The notes under the pieces: model-generated
Seen by the model: the letters and a program-made list of their open reading frames with translations, nothing else
Told to the model about the DNA's origin: nothing
Databases searched by the model: none
Source: a virus
Lineage: Duplodnaviria > Caudoviricetes
Strand: one strand, 5' to 3'
IMG/VR virus record: IMGVR_UViG_3300032030_000026
Span: 51,074 to 115,073 of that record
Length of the DNA stretch: 64,000 bases
Made by a program: the position numbers and the translations under genes
In this document: piece by piece, positions 59,692-64,000 of the stretch
Numbering within the stretch: the stretch's first letter is position 1
Layout: each line of letters starts with the position of its first letter

Positions 59692-61332
59692 TTATATATG
59701 TAATTGAGTCATTTTAACAAACAATCCGGTTTCCGAATCATTCACATTTAACAGAGAAATAAGGCTCGGAGTTATATCACTAACCGGACTGCTTACTTTA
59801 AAATATTCGCCGGTATGACTATTATCCGAGCTATCGGATATAACTTTAATTATAGTATATATATTAGTATCATCCACAACTTCCATTACTCCGGATCCGT
59901 ATTGTTCGGTTTCATCTTGATTCCAGGATGTGAATTCATATAATATATAATCTGGCTTGTATACTCTCTGTCCGGTATTCCGACCGTTTACAAACCAAAA
60001 CTCCACCGGTCCTTCATTAGGCATAACTATGCTCCGGACATAAGGTATATTAGTTCTATAATTTTTAAACATCGCCAGATGATCCTTCATAAGCTGATAA
60101 TTTTCGGATTGCAATCTCATATCAGTCCGAATATCTGCAATGGCATCGGCAATCCGACCCATGGCTCCGGCTACGGTTTCATAATCGTCTCCGCCGTCTA
60201 CCACCATAGCATATGTTGATGAATTTGGGGTGGCCACAACTCGTGTCATCAGTCTCACGGACCAACCGGTACCTTGTCCGAAAATATCTTCGTTAGATAC
60301 ATATTTGGTGACTTGATTACGAAACGGTATAGACCCGGAGGTATCTTGATTCCCGGTATCAAAATATTCCATATTAATAGGTCCGGTAAAATATATGCCA
60401 AGCGGTCTGTTATAATGCAAACATATCGGACCATCCTCTAGGTCTAAATCATTATATATATCATAGAATACAATTACGCAATTAAAAGAAAATTCTTTAT
60501 TTTCACCTATAACTTCTCCATTTTTCCGAGATTCCACAATATGAGAAGCGGAAGAATTATTCATAATAGGATATTTTTTTCCGGATAAATTATAAAATCC
60601 GTTTTCGGAACGAGGTTTTTCGTCAATTCCGCCATTATTAATAGGGTACGCCGCTTTTGTCCACCCCATTATTACTTGGCTATAATCATAATGATCCGGA
60701 TCTCCGGGATTTCCATGACTTAATGCAAAACTACTTATAGACCCATCTTTTCCTATAAAACCACTTATATCTGCCAATTCATAAGCCATTTCATTATCGG
60801 ACGGAGATATATAACAATATATATCATTATAATTCATACCATCGGCTTGCCGATTTGAATGAATATTGATATCACCAATGAATTTAAGCTCCTTAAATGT
60901 ATCATAAGATCCATCTAGTGTAGTCACGGATGTCCTGCCAATCAATCCCCAATCTTCTAATGACTTCCATAACAGCTGGGTGGCATATCCATCATTAAGA
61001 TTATCTTCATCCCAATACATCTCTTTATTGGTTACGTCATAACCCAAGATTTCCTTAGCCAAGCATACGGAATTTTCATAATAGGATTGAAGGTATTGAG
61101 AGAGATATCTATTTAAGTTTTGGTCTTGATAAGGATCTTCTTCCGAACCTTCATGCTCGGACATATATGTTTTAAAATTATCAATATTTAATTCTAACAC
61201 GGCAAATCTGGACGGCACTACACGATAAGATCCTTTTGCAGCATCTTCTTTAGTCAGATCATCCGTATATTGGGAGAACATGAAAAATTCTCCAGTATCA
61301 TTAGATAAAGGCTTAAAAATGTTACATCTCAT
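59692..61332 (-). CDS. putative virion (baseplate-type) structural protein
   Basis: probable start ATG 61332; C-terminal ~80-aa domain shared with 34989..38009. Confidence 0.55.
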   Translation of the reverse strand: MRCNIFKPLSNDTGEFFMFSQYTDDLTKEDAAKGSYRVVPSRFAVLELNIDNFKTYMSEHEGSEEDPYQDQNLNRYLSQYLQSYYENSVCLAKEILGYDVTNKEMYWDEDNLNDGYATQLLWKSLEDWGLIGRTSVTTLDGSYDTFKELKFIGDINIHSNRQADGMNYNDIYCYISPSDNEMAYELADISGFIGKDGSISSFALSHGNPGDPDHYDYSQVIMGWTKAAYPINNGGIDEKPRSENGFYNLSGKKYPIMNNSSASHIVESRKNGEVIGENKEFSFNCVIVFYDIYNDLDLEDGPICLHYNRPLGIYFTGPINMEYFDTGNQDTSGSIPFRNQVTKYVSNEDIFGQGTGWSVRLMTRVVATPNSSTYAMVVDGGDDYETVAGAMGRIADAIADIRTDMRLQSENYQLMKDHLAMFKNYRTNIPYVRSIVMPNEGPVEFWFVNGRNTGQRVYKPDYILYEFTSWNQDETEQYGSGVMEVVDDTNIYTIIKVISDSSDNSHTGEYFKVSSPVSDITPSLISLLNVNDSETGLFVKMTQLHI

Positions 61333-61437
61333 AATATTGACTATAATATATTTCAAATAATACTTTTTCGACATAAGATAAATTCATATAATCTTGATTT
61401 TATCTCCTATTATTTCATTAGTATAAATTTATACATA

Positions 61438-64000
<2,563 letters not shown>

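Overview
A 64-kb slice of a large (jumbo-type) AT-rich, T4-like tailed phage read in the standard genetic code. The host is probably Bacteroidota, judging by the lack of Shine-Dalgarno motifs, AT-rich start contexts and a Bacteroidota-phage-type lysis protein. Morphogenesis genes are scattered rather than in one operon: terminase large subunit, portal, gp13-like neck, gp15-like tail terminator, gp5/gpV-like spike, gp26/gp51-like hub, a tape-measure-like protein, fibre modules and an unfinished collagen fibre. Interleaved with them are six sugar-enzyme genes, lysis genes, RuvC, a sigma-70-family factor and a minus-strand block of small genes with four copies of a fixed-spacing promoter (CTTAA-N13-CGRTTATATA). 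The strongest candidate for an undescribed system is a capsid-cargo system: six genes (five paralogues plus a GNAT acetyltransferase) share an MKxxxESIIGRKG leader, and the sigma factor starts MKSFTEQILE, close to the T4 capsid-targeting sequence MKTYQEFIAE. This suggests packaged, injected effectors, including a sigma factor that could read the non-host-type early promoters. Other notable signals are strong CCGG over-representation (absent from a swapped fibre-tip gene), three copies of a ~51-bp palindromic element with an apparently flipped core, and a possible plug-and-socket fibre chain. All family calls come from motif recognition by eye, not database searches.
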